Of a stretch of DNA of 24,498 bases, positions 6,529-16,000 are shown one piece after another. Each line of letters starts with the position of its first letter. Position 1 is the first letter of the stretch. Source of the stretch: a virus (Duplodnaviria > Caudoviricetes); IMG/VR virus record IMGVR_UViG_3300008262_000294, positions 1-24,498 of that record; one strand, 5' to 3'. The notes beneath the pieces are model-generated. The model was not told the origin of the DNA, ran no database searches, and saw only the letters and a list, made by a program, of their open reading frames with translations. The position numbers and the translations under genes are program-made.

Positions 6529-9209
6529 CAGCAATCTCTCAACGTATACCTAACTTCATTGGTGGTGTTTCCCAACAAGCTGATGAGAAGATGCTGTTGG
6601 GTCAAGTTAAAGAAGCAATCAACTGCTACCCTGACATTACACTTGGTATGCTAAAGCGTCCAGGTGGTAAGTTTCTAGGTAGGTTAGCTAGCCTTACTGC
6701 TAATACTGCTAACACAGCTGCATGGTTTAGTATGTTTAGGGATAACCAAGAGAAGTATATTGCTACTGTATCTTCTGCTGGTGTTCCTAAGGTATGGAAC
6801 ATGTTGACTGGGGCTGCTGCTACCATCACATACCCTGCTGGTAAGCAAGCATCTATTGAGAGCTACCTTACTGCTACTGATTACCGTAGCATCAAAACTC
6901 TTACTATTAACGACTTCACCTATATCGTTAACAGTGAGAAGACAGTACAAGCACTTGCTGCACCTACATTTAATCCACGACGTCAAGCTGTTATCTCTCT
7001 ACTCATTGTAGAGCACGATACAGACTATGTTGTCAGTATCAATAGGAAGACCTATACCTACACAAGTCCGTCTAATACTGGTGGTACAAACCTAACAGTA
7101 GAGACGGTGATGAAGGGAATTAAAGATGCTATTGGTTACCCTACTGGTCTTGGTCTTACTAAAACGATTGTAGACGGTGTGTTGGTACTCACTAGCACAG
7201 TTGATATGACTGTCTCAGTTGCTGGTGGTAATGCTAGCTCTGATGGTCACTACATTCGAGTCTTTAATGACGCGGTTAATAACATCGCACGTTTACCAGA
7301 ACAATGTACCAGTGGTCTTGTTGTTAAGATCATCAATACTTCTGGTGCAGCTGATGACTATTACGTTAAGTTTATTGGTACTACTCTTGCTGTTGCAGGT
7401 ACCTACAGTCAATCTGGAACTACTGTAACAGTAACCACTACAGCTGATCATGGTTTTACTACTGGTAATCTAGCTAACGTATACTTCTCCACTGGTGCTG
7501 GAGTACAAGGATCCTATGTTGTTACTGTTAGTAGTACTACTCAGTTCACTTATACTTCAGGTACCAGTCAGACAACTAGTGGTAATGTTAATGTCACTGG
7601 TTCATTCAACAGTGGTCACTGGGAGGAGACGGTTGCTCCTGATGTTAGCACAGGATTCGATGCAGCTACAATGCCTGTAGCGTTGATCCGTACTAGCCTT
7701 AGTCCATTGACATTTATTGCTACGTTCCTTGATGGGTCGTTGACTAGTAACGGCCAAACTCCTGCTGTTAATCCAACAGGATTCGTGTTGCAATGGGAAC
7801 CTCGGTTGGTTGGTGATAATGAATCCAACTCTCACCCATCCTTTGTTGGTAATACCATCCAGGATATCTTCCTGTTTAACAATAGGCTTGGCTTTCTGAC
7901 TCAGGATAATGTCTCCATGTCTCAAGCTGGAGATTACTATAACTTCTACCACAAATCTGCTACTACTATCACTGCTGCTGATCCTATTGACCTCAGTTGT
8001 GCTAGTATTAAACCAGCTACTGTACGTTCAGTTATCCCAATTACTCAGGGTCTATTGCTATTCAGTGATAACCAACAGTTCCTGATGGAAGCTGAGAATG
8101 GTGCATGGACACCTGCTAACTGCTCAATCAGTACGATTGCTAACTACGAATGTGATCGGTACATCAAACCGATTGACATAGGTTCTACTACAATGTATGT
8201 TAGTCGTAACCAAAGCTGGTCTAGGGTATTTGAGATCTTTACTAGGGGACAACGAGAAACGCCTACTGTCTTAGAGACAAGTAAGGTTGTTCCTGAGTGG
8301 ATCCCGCAAGGTATCACAGAAGCCTCTGGGAGCGCTCAGAATGGCCTGTGGGTGGCCTCTAGTAGGACTTCCCCCACTATGTACCTCTATAGGTTCTACG
8401 AACAGGGAGAGGAGCGTCCTCTGGCCTCCTGGGTAAAGTGGCAACTACCCTCTAATGTCATCCATACAGCCATCCAGAGTGATGTACTCTATGTGCTCAC
8501 TAGTGGTACTGAGGGTTATATCGTTAATGAGCACAAGTTAGTACTTGCACCTAGTACTGGTGGTCTTATTAATAACCTAGGTAATGCAGTAGATCCTTAT
8601 CTTGATACATGGTCTGAGATAAGCACTACACCTACATATACACAAGCCACTGATATCACAAAGGTATACCTACCTACATACTTCAATACCACTAAGACTA
8701 TTAGGTATGTTATAGGTCTACTTGAAGGAGCTAGTCCTGGTACTGAGTCTGGTTATACTAATGTTGCTACACTCCTAGCTGATGGTGGTGGTACATACTT
8801 CAACATCCCTGGTGATGTTAGTGGTAACTACATCTATGTTGGTTATGAGTACAACATGGAAGTAACACTCCCTAGGTACTACTACAACATGGGTCAACAA
8901 GGTGTTGACTTTACTGCTGTTACTACCACTTCCCGTATGGCATTCTATACAGGACTTGGTGGTGAAGTCTTCTTTAACATTAGAGATCGCAGTAGACCTG
9001 AATGGTCTAGTATTGGGGGTTCTAGGATTGCTGATTTCTACTTATCTAATACCTCACCATTCCGTGATACCTATGTCTATAAAGTTCCAATCTATCAAAG
9101 GCCAGACAACTATACAATGAAAGTAACATCTAATACTCCGTTCCCTGTTAGTCTTGTGTCTATGCAGTGGGAGGGACAATATGCACCTGGCTTCTATCGG
9201 AGGACCTGA
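6525..9209 (+). CDS. Tail tubular protein B / nozzle (T7 gp12-like)
   Basis: ISQRIPNFIGGVSQQAD, KRPG, WEETVAP, R.VGD..SN.HPSFVG.TI..IFLFNNRLGFL, DPIDL, C-terminal WEGQY; ATGA overlap with gp11. Confidence 0.95.
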   Translation: MTAISQRIPNFIGGVSQQADEKMLLGQVKEAINCYPDITLGMLKRPGGKFLGRLASLTANTANTAAWFSMFRDNQEKYIATVSSAGVPKVWNMLTGAAATITYPAGKQASIESYLTATDYRSIKTLTINDFTYIVNSEKTVQALAAPTFNPRRQAVISLLIVEHDTDYVVSINRKTYTYTSPSNTGGTNLTVETVMKGIKDAIGYPTGLGLTKTIVDGVLVLTSTVDMTVSVAGGNASSDGHYIRVFNDAVNNIARLPEQCTSGLVVKIINTSGAADDYYVKFIGTTLAVAGTYSQSGTTVTVTTTADHGFTTGNLANVYFSTGAGVQGSYVVTVSSTTQFTYTSGTSQTTSGNVNVTGSFNSGHWEETVAPDVSTGFDAATMPVALIRTSLSPLTFIATFLDGSLTSNGQTPAVNPTGFVLQWEPRLVGDNESNSHPSFVGNTIQDIFLFNNRLGFLTQDNVSMSQAGDYYNFYHKSATTITAADPIDLSCASIKPATVRSVIPITQGLLLFSDNQQFLMEAENGAWTPANCSISTIANYECDRYIKPIDIGSTTMYVSRNQSWSRVFEIFTRGQRETPTVLETSKVVPEWIPQGITEASGSAQNGLWVASSRTSPTMYLYRFYEQGEERPLASWVKWQLPSNVIHTAIQSDVLYVLTSGTEGYIVNEHKLVLAPSTGGLINNLGNAVDPYLDTWSEISTTPTYTQATDITKVYLPTYFNTTKTIRYVIGLLEGASPGTESGYTNVATLLADGGGTYFNIPGDVSGNYIYVGYEYNMEVTLPRYYYNMGQQGVDFTAVTTTSRMAFYTGLGGEVFFNIRDRSRPEWSSIGGSRIADFYLSNTSPFRDTYVYKVPIYQRPDNYTMKVTSNTPFPVSLVSMQWEGQYAPGFYRRT

Positions 9210-9211
9210 GT

Positions 9212-10063
9212 ATGTCATGGGATTTAGCTATTCAAGGTCTCGGTGCCTTACTTGGTGGTCTAGGTGGGCAAGCTGAAGCTGATGCTCAGAATAGAGCCAT
9301 TGACGCTACATACAAACAAGAAAGACAAGCTAGGCGTTACAGAAAACGTAGCACCATGGCTGATTGGCGTCACAGTACTAAGCAGTGGCGCCTTAATGAA
9401 AAGAACGAAGAAACTCTTGGTGCATTTAAAGATGCTACCAACCTACAAGATTGGCAATACAACCTAAAGATTCAAGACTTTGAGTATGCCTCTCAGATGA
9501 AGCAGTATGCTAAGTCTGAGCAGATATACGGTCAGCAGCTTACATTCAACCAGATGGCACAAGCTGCTGCTAAGGAAGCTGAATATCGTAAACTTGAGGA
9601 CGCCATGAAAGAGATGGCCTTCCAGAATCAAGATATCGTTATCAAGGCACTGCAGTCTGAAGGTGTTGCTGCTGTTAAAGGTCAGCAAGGTAGGAGTGCA
9701 GAGAAGATGGAGCAAGCTGAGTTTGCTGCTCTTGGTCGTAACCAAGCAATCCTTGCTGAATCTCTGTTGAGCGCTAAGACTGATACGAGGATGGCTCTAC
9801 GTAAGATTGCTAACGATAAGTTTGGTGCAGACCTGGCAGCAGAAGCTAATCGTATGCTACGTCCTGATCGTCTCCCGCAACCGCCTAAGCCGCTTACTAC
9901 GCCACGTGCTGAGTATCTCAAACCACGTAAGCCTAAGGAATTTGACTTCGGTCCTAAAATAATTAAAGGTGCTATGGCATCTTCTGCTGGATCGTGGCTG
10001 GGAGCAGGTGCTAGTTTCCTCAGTAATAACAGTGGCTCAATTGCTAAAGCATTAGGTGCATAA
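9212..10063 (+). CDS. Internal virion / ejection protein (T7 gp14-like); likely start ATG 9212
   Basis: GGAGGA upstream of ATG 9212; Gly-rich hydrophobic termini with an Ala/Gln helical core; position after the nozzle. Confidence 0.75.
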   Translation: MSWDLAIQGLGALLGGLGGQAEADAQNRAIDATYKQERQARRYRKRSTMADWRHSTKQWRLNEKNEETLGAFKDATNLQDWQYNLKIQDFEYASQMKQYAKSEQIYGQQLTFNQMAQAAAKEAEYRKLEDAMKEMAFQNQDIVIKALQSEGVAAVKGQQGRSAEKMEQAEFAALGRNQAILAESLLSAKTDTRMALRKIANDKFGADLAAEANRMLRPDRLPQPPKPLTTPRAEYLKPRKPKEFDFGPKIIKGAMASSAGSWLGAGASFLSNNSGSIAKALGA

Positions 10064-10085
10064 CATTAACATTACATTTGTGTAA

Positions 10086-13076
10086 ATGGATCAAGTAAAT
10101 TACAGAGGGTACGCCCGGAGTATAGGTTTCGATCCTATTAAAGCACCTACGGAAGGTCTTGCTCGTATGCAAGAACGTGACAACCGTATCATACGTGGTA
10201 TGGAGGATAACCGTAGGGAAATTAAACAGGTACGGGACGAGTATGGTGCTGGTCTAGAGCGTAAGCTCAGCATTGAAGCACGAGATCGTGATCAAAACTA
10301 TCAGTGGGAGAAAAGGCTTGCTGAGCAACGTCAGGAAGCCATCAGTAAGAATGCTCAAACACTGATCCAAAGCGAACTGCAGCGTGGTAAGAACGCAGCA
10401 GCTACGTTTGAAAGTCTAGCTAAATTCAGTACCACTATTGCTGATGGTTTAACTGAGTATCAAAAAGAAAAGGATAAACGTGATAGGGCGGCTACGCTTG
10501 TAGATGTTGCAACTAATGGGTTGCCAATGCACCGGCAACAGATGCAGGACAATGCTAAAGCTTTGTTATCCCAAGCTGGTGAAGCCAACGATAAGATCGC
10601 CGAAGGAGTGCAAGCTAGGGGACTAGACCCGTATATTGTTACCAATTTACTTACGGGTAACAAGAAACGGGACATGTGGAAGCTCGAAGGACTTTCCATG
10701 CTTGCAGCTGCTGAGTTCCCTGGATGGGTGCAAAGTGAGTTAGATAAGCGTAACTTGGTTACAGCTGAAGAACGTTCAGCGTCCTTCCCTACACTTCTTA
10801 CAGAGTTTCTACAAATGAATGGCCTTTTTGAAGTAAAGGCTGACTTCATGGTAGAAAGCTTGATGAAGATGCGTGGATCTTATAACTCTCTCATCGCGGC
10901 TGCTAGGAAGTCAGATGTCGTCAATAAGTCCTCCATGATGCGTGATGATGCCTTCAGTGGTATGTCACGCACCAAGACTGGAGAAAGCCTTACTGAGGCA
11001 TTTAGGACCATTTCACGTAGTTATAGAGAGGATGGTGTTACACCAGTTGGTAACGCTGATGCCAAGTCTAGCATCTTCAAAGAACTAGCTGATACTACTC
11101 GTTACTCAGATGCTGATGTTGAGCGTATGCTCAAAGAGGCACAGACTGATCAGGGTAGTTGGTATGATCGCTTCCCTCGTGATGTTGACGACCTACGTAA
11201 TGCTAGACAGAAAGATCAGGAGTCTGAGTTCCAACTCATTGAAGCACAAGAGCGTCGTGAGAACAAGCGTAAAGAGGATCAGCTACTTGATTGGGTGAAG
11301 AACAACAACCCCAATGAAGAGGATCTCACTTCTATCATCAAAGAAGCGAAGGCTAACAATATTGCTACTGATCGTCTCCAAGCTTACCTTGCCTTCACTA
11401 CTGAGCAGCAAAATGCTGACTTCTGGGGTAAGCAGTTCCGTGAACAGTACGAACAAGGTACTCTCACTGCTGATGATGTTGATCAACCTGGTGTTCCTAT
11501 TGAAGTACGTGAGACATGGCGTACACGAGCACAGCAGTTGGATCAACAACGTTCTGATTCTGGTATCAAACAAGAGACCATTAAGGGTGAACTTTCTAAA
11601 GCGCTTGAGCAAAACTTGATTGGTGACAGTACTAATCGTTCTGCTCACTATAGCTTGCGTGGTGCATCTGACTATGCCCTCAAGTTGTATAACCAAAAGT
11701 TTAAACAATACGCTAAGACGATGGAACCTGGTGTTGCTGCTAATAAAGCACGCCTAGATGTCCTCACAGCTATTGAAACAAAGAAGGGTGCCTTTGCTGT
11801 TATTGGCTCTTCTCAAGCCAAGGCAGGTCAGACACAAGCTTTCTATGCTGCCTTCACACCTGGTAAGCATCCAGGTGCTCCTGCTGCTATTAACGTCATC
11901 ACAGCCTCTGAAGTTGTTAAGAAAGTACGTGCCAACAGCAATGTAATTAACACTGAAGTACTGGCTAGCCCTGCTCTCCTCAAGGATATTGATAACCGCA
12001 TTGCTAGCGGTAAGCCTATCTCTATCCCACAGATCTATACTGATTTGTCTAGGGCAGTGCCTGGTATGACTCCCACCCAGATCCTTAATGCACAGCTTAA
12101 GGCAGCTGGCCTTACCCAACAAATCAAGCCTGGCTTCAGGGATCAACTGAGTCAAATCAGTGACCCAGTACTACGTAGTATCTTCGCTCAACCTACTACT
12201 CAGGATCGCCTTAATACTACTATCATTGGTAGTGGTAATGCACCTGCTACTGTACGTACAGGTAACAATGGCTATGCTGATGTTGTCTCCCTTGGTACTG
12301 CATCTGGGTTTAAGTTCCCTCAGGTGATGGCTGCTATGTGGGCATTGGAGTCTGGCTGGGGTAAGTACACCAGTGGTAAGAACAATGTCTTTAACATCAA
12401 AGCACGTCCAGGTCAAGGTACACAAAAGAACGGTTCCTATTGGAGGGACTATGCTTCTCCTCTTGAGTCTGCTAAGGACTTCATGAATCTCATGACTGAT
12501 CCTAGGTATGCTCCTGGGCTGTCACGTGCTAAGACACCACGTCAAGCTATTGAAGCTATTGCTGCTGGTGGCTATGCTGGTGGTGAAGCTGCCTATCCTA
12601 GTAAGATCATCCGTGTGATGCAACAGATGGGTGTTAATGTTGACCAACCTTATACTACTGCACCTCCTGCTCGTAACCAAGCATTTATGCGTCCCACCCT
12701 TGCTTACATTACAGACAACATTGGACCTACTTCTACTGGTCCCCACCTAGATGTTAAACAACAAGACAACCCTAACACACCTCAGAATGAGTTTGCTAGG
12801 GAGTTCTCGCCTAAAGCTCTTGATAACTTTGTCGTTGTTGATGATCCTCAATTTGGACGTGTTCCTTTGAGTCGTATTCCTGTTACTGATACCTTTGCTG
12901 GTCATGTAGCCCGTGGTTCCCATGGTATTGACTACGGTACAGCTAAAGGGTCTAAAGTGTTCCTACAGAATGGAGCACGTATTGTGTCTAAAACCCGTAC
13001 ACAACACGGAGATAAATTGGTTATTCAACTGCCGGATGGACGGCGTTTCAGTTTCTTACATGGTAAAACCTTATGA
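10086..13076 (+). CDS. Internal virion / ejection protein (T7 gp15-like) with C-terminal GH73 glucosaminidase-like and M23-like domains
   Basis: 996 aa helical protein in the gp15 position; AAMWALESGWGK..NNVFNIK..WRDYASPLESAKDF (GH73/FlgJ-like); STGPHLD and HGID motifs (M23-like). Confidence 0.8.
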   Translation: MDQVNYRGYARSIGFDPIKAPTEGLARMQERDNRIIRGMEDNRREIKQVRDEYGAGLERKLSIEARDRDQNYQWEKRLAEQRQEAISKNAQTLIQSELQRGKNAAATFESLAKFSTTIADGLTEYQKEKDKRDRAATLVDVATNGLPMHRQQMQDNAKALLSQAGEANDKIAEGVQARGLDPYIVTNLLTGNKKRDMWKLEGLSMLAAAEFPGWVQSELDKRNLVTAEERSASFPTLLTEFLQMNGLFEVKADFMVESLMKMRGSYNSLIAAARKSDVVNKSSMMRDDAFSGMSRTKTGESLTEAFRTISRSYREDGVTPVGNADAKSSIFKELADTTRYSDADVERMLKEAQTDQGSWYDRFPRDVDDLRNARQKDQESEFQLIEAQERRENKRKEDQLLDWVKNNNPNEEDLTSIIKEAKANNIATDRLQAYLAFTTEQQNADFWGKQFREQYEQGTLTADDVDQPGVPIEVRETWRTRAQQLDQQRSDSGIKQETIKGELSKALEQNLIGDSTNRSAHYSLRGASDYALKLYNQKFKQYAKTMEPGVAANKARLDVLTAIETKKGAFAVIGSSQAKAGQTQAFYAAFTPGKHPGAPAAINVITASEVVKKVRANSNVINTEVLASPALLKDIDNRIASGKPISIPQIYTDLSRAVPGMTPTQILNAQLKAAGLTQQIKPGFRDQLSQISDPVLRSIFAQPTTQDRLNTTIIGSGNAPATVRTGNNGYADVVSLGTASGFKFPQVMAAMWALESGWGKYTSGKNNVFNIKARPGQGTQKNGSYWRDYASPLESAKDFMNLMTDPRYAPGLSRAKTPRQAIEAIAAGGYAGGEAAYPSKIIRVMQQMGVNVDQPYTTAPPARNQAFMRPTLAYITDNIGPTSTGPHLDVKQQDNPNTPQNEFAREFSPKALDNFVVVDDPQFGRVPLSRIPVTDTFAGHVARGSHGIDYGTAKGSKVFLQNGARIVSKTRTQHGDKLVIQLPDGRRFSFLHGKTL

Positions 13077-16000
13077 CTAGTACCCCTTATGTTGATGAAG
13101 AAGAACTGAAGCGCCTAGAAGCTGAAGCCCTTGCTGAAGAGCAGGCTTTACAACAGGCAGCTCCAGCTTACAGTCCTAAGACAGCTCCTGATACAATGTA
13201 TAAGGAGGCTACACCAGCTCAGAATAAAGCAGCTGGTAATGTACAACCTGTTAAGTCTCCCCAACAACAAGCTACCCAACAGCTTACTGGTGGTGGTCAA
13301 CAACCACAGAAACCACTTAACCCTGGTAGTGGCTTTATGTATGGTAGTGGTGACCCTAATGCTACCCTTGGTGAAGATCTTGGTACCTATGCTCAACGCA
13401 CCCTTGAGGGTCTTGGATCCGTTGGTATGGGTATCATTGACTTTGGTATGGATGCCATTGGTCGTATTCCTGGTGCTGAGTGGATTGATGATACCTGGGA
13501 TGCTAAGACTAAATTTAAGAACCCTGGCTTTCAAAAGGTAAGGGAAGTATCTTCTGTCCTTGTTCCTGCTATTGGTGTTGGCGCTGCATCACGTATTGGT
13601 ACTGCTGGCATGGCTGGTGGTCCTGTTGCTCGTGGTCTCTCTTCTCTTGGTATTAACGTTGCTGGTGATGTTGCTATTAACGCTATCAGTGACCAATCTG
13701 AAGGTGAGACAGTATCGACGATTGTGAAAGAGGCAGCACCTTGGTTGCCTGTTCCTGATGCCCTTGTGGTGAAGGACACAGACTCTCCTGAAGCAAGGCG
13801 TCAGAAGAACATCTACGAATCAGCTGGTATTAGTATCGTTGGTGACATCATTGGTTATTCCATGGCTGCAGGTCGTGGAGTGATGGATTGGTTTAAGCCT
13901 AATGATACAGCAGCTAAGGAGTTCATGTCCTCTGAGGTGATGGTTAATGCTGATGCTGCTACTGCTACTCGGTTGTCTGAGATTAATACTCAATTAGATG
14001 AATTAAATTCAGAAGTAGATAGGCTGCGGGATACACCTTCTGAGGGTGAGTGGGATCTTGCATTTAAGCTTGCTGCTATCGAGGATATACAATCTCAAAC
14101 GAAAGCATTGCAAAGCGAATTAGACAGGATAACCAAACAGTACACCAACACCGGTTCCTCAGACCTCACTGAGAGCCCTCTAGAATCGTTTGTAGAGCGT
14201 CAACAGGTAAGCCGTGATAGTCAGATCGATGAGGTAGGTAAGGGACGCCTTATGGACGATCCTGAAGGGGCTGGTGGTGTTGATCCAATGGTCACTCCTA
14301 CTATGTTCCCTGAGGGTTCTACTGCTGCTCTTAGCATTCCTCCTGGTAACATTGCCCGTAACATGGCAGACACAACTGCTATCAAGCTAGGTACCACTAG
14401 CGGTACACCTGCTCCTATCCTTTCTGAGCGTGCTTACTATGACCTTAGTAAAGGCAATGCTGTATCCCGTAACCTTATCGAGGACCTAGCTGAAGGCACT
14501 CGTGCTACTGGTAGCTTTGATGCTATTGTTGATGGCTTTAGGTACACCAAAGCTCAGATGAGTGATGGTGCCTGGAAGATCTACAATGACATCATCGGTA
14601 CTGATAAGGTATCTGATCTCAAGAACCTGTTCCTTGATAACCGTGATGTAAAGAACCTCCTTGATGGTCGTTCTATTAAGTACGTCAACGATGTCCAAGC
14701 AGAAGCTATTGGTTTTGCTATGCGTGAGTTGACTGATAAGTACATCGGTCAAGTTGTTACTGAGACATCAGCTCGTGCTATGGATACCGTAGGACGTGAG
14801 ATTGCTGATATTGCTGAGGGTTATAAGGCATTCCCTGAGAGTGCTGACCTTAGCCGTACTACTGAGATGCTTGGTGATCGTCTTGCCTTCCTTATGGAAG
14901 AGTACGCTCTCAATAAGTACATAGCTGGTTGGTCACTTAAGAACCAAGATCGTTGGCAGAAGTTCCTCAAAGAAGCACCTGACAAAGAATCAGCCATTAA
15001 GCAGATCACTGAACAGTTTGACCTTAAGGTACAAGAGAAGAATCTCCAAGCTCAAGGTTATCGGGATATGATCCGTACTATTGCTAGGGATCGTCCTGAT
15101 GCTGCTCAACCTTTGATCGATGCTTTTGCATTATCCAAGGGTGATGTAGATACGCTTGATAAGCTGATGAAGTGGAGTGCCAAGCAACTTAGCCCCATGG
15201 GTCTTCTTAAGAGTGGTGATGAAGGTTTGAATGCCTTCGCACAAGGTGCATGGGCAGTGGTGTACAACAATATGTTGTCTGGTATCTCTGCTCTCAAAGC
15301 TATTAATGGTAACACTGTGTCCCTCACACTTCGTACTAGTAACGCATATCTTGGCACTGGTATTGGTATACTCATGGGCCGCAACACTGTTGATGATCTT
15401 CGTAGGGCTACCTATGTTTATGGCTCATTTTTGACTGTTAATAAGCGAGCCCTTGGAGCTTCCTGGGATACCTTCAAGCGTACCTGGAATAACGGTAAGT
15501 GGGGTAATGATGGTCAGATGGACTTCCGTGAACTAGCACGTGAGGACCTTGTTACTGACTACAATCCTAACCTTTGGGACACCTTGGCCGATATGGAACA
15601 GGTGTATGAAAAAGATGGCAACTGGGGTCGTCTTGCACAATACCGTTTTGTTCGGTTTATGTATGACCTTGGTAACTGGCGTTGGACTAAATACGGTACC
15701 AATGCGATGATTGGTTCTGACGCTTATGTACAGACTACTGTAGCCTCTCAAATGGCTCGTGCTAGGGCATGGGATGAGATATCTAGTATTGGCTATAAAG
15801 GAGCTGAGCTAGCCCAACAGCTGGCTAGAGCTGAGAAGATGGCTTATGATGAGTCTTTTGATGCTCTTGGTAACCTGACTGATGCTGCTGCTAAGAATGC
15901 TGCTGGAGAGATTGCACTTAACCTTGATGATGAGACTGCTACATGGTTGACTCGCGGCATCAATAAGCTGCCTATCCTCAAGCCATTCTTCATGTTCCCC

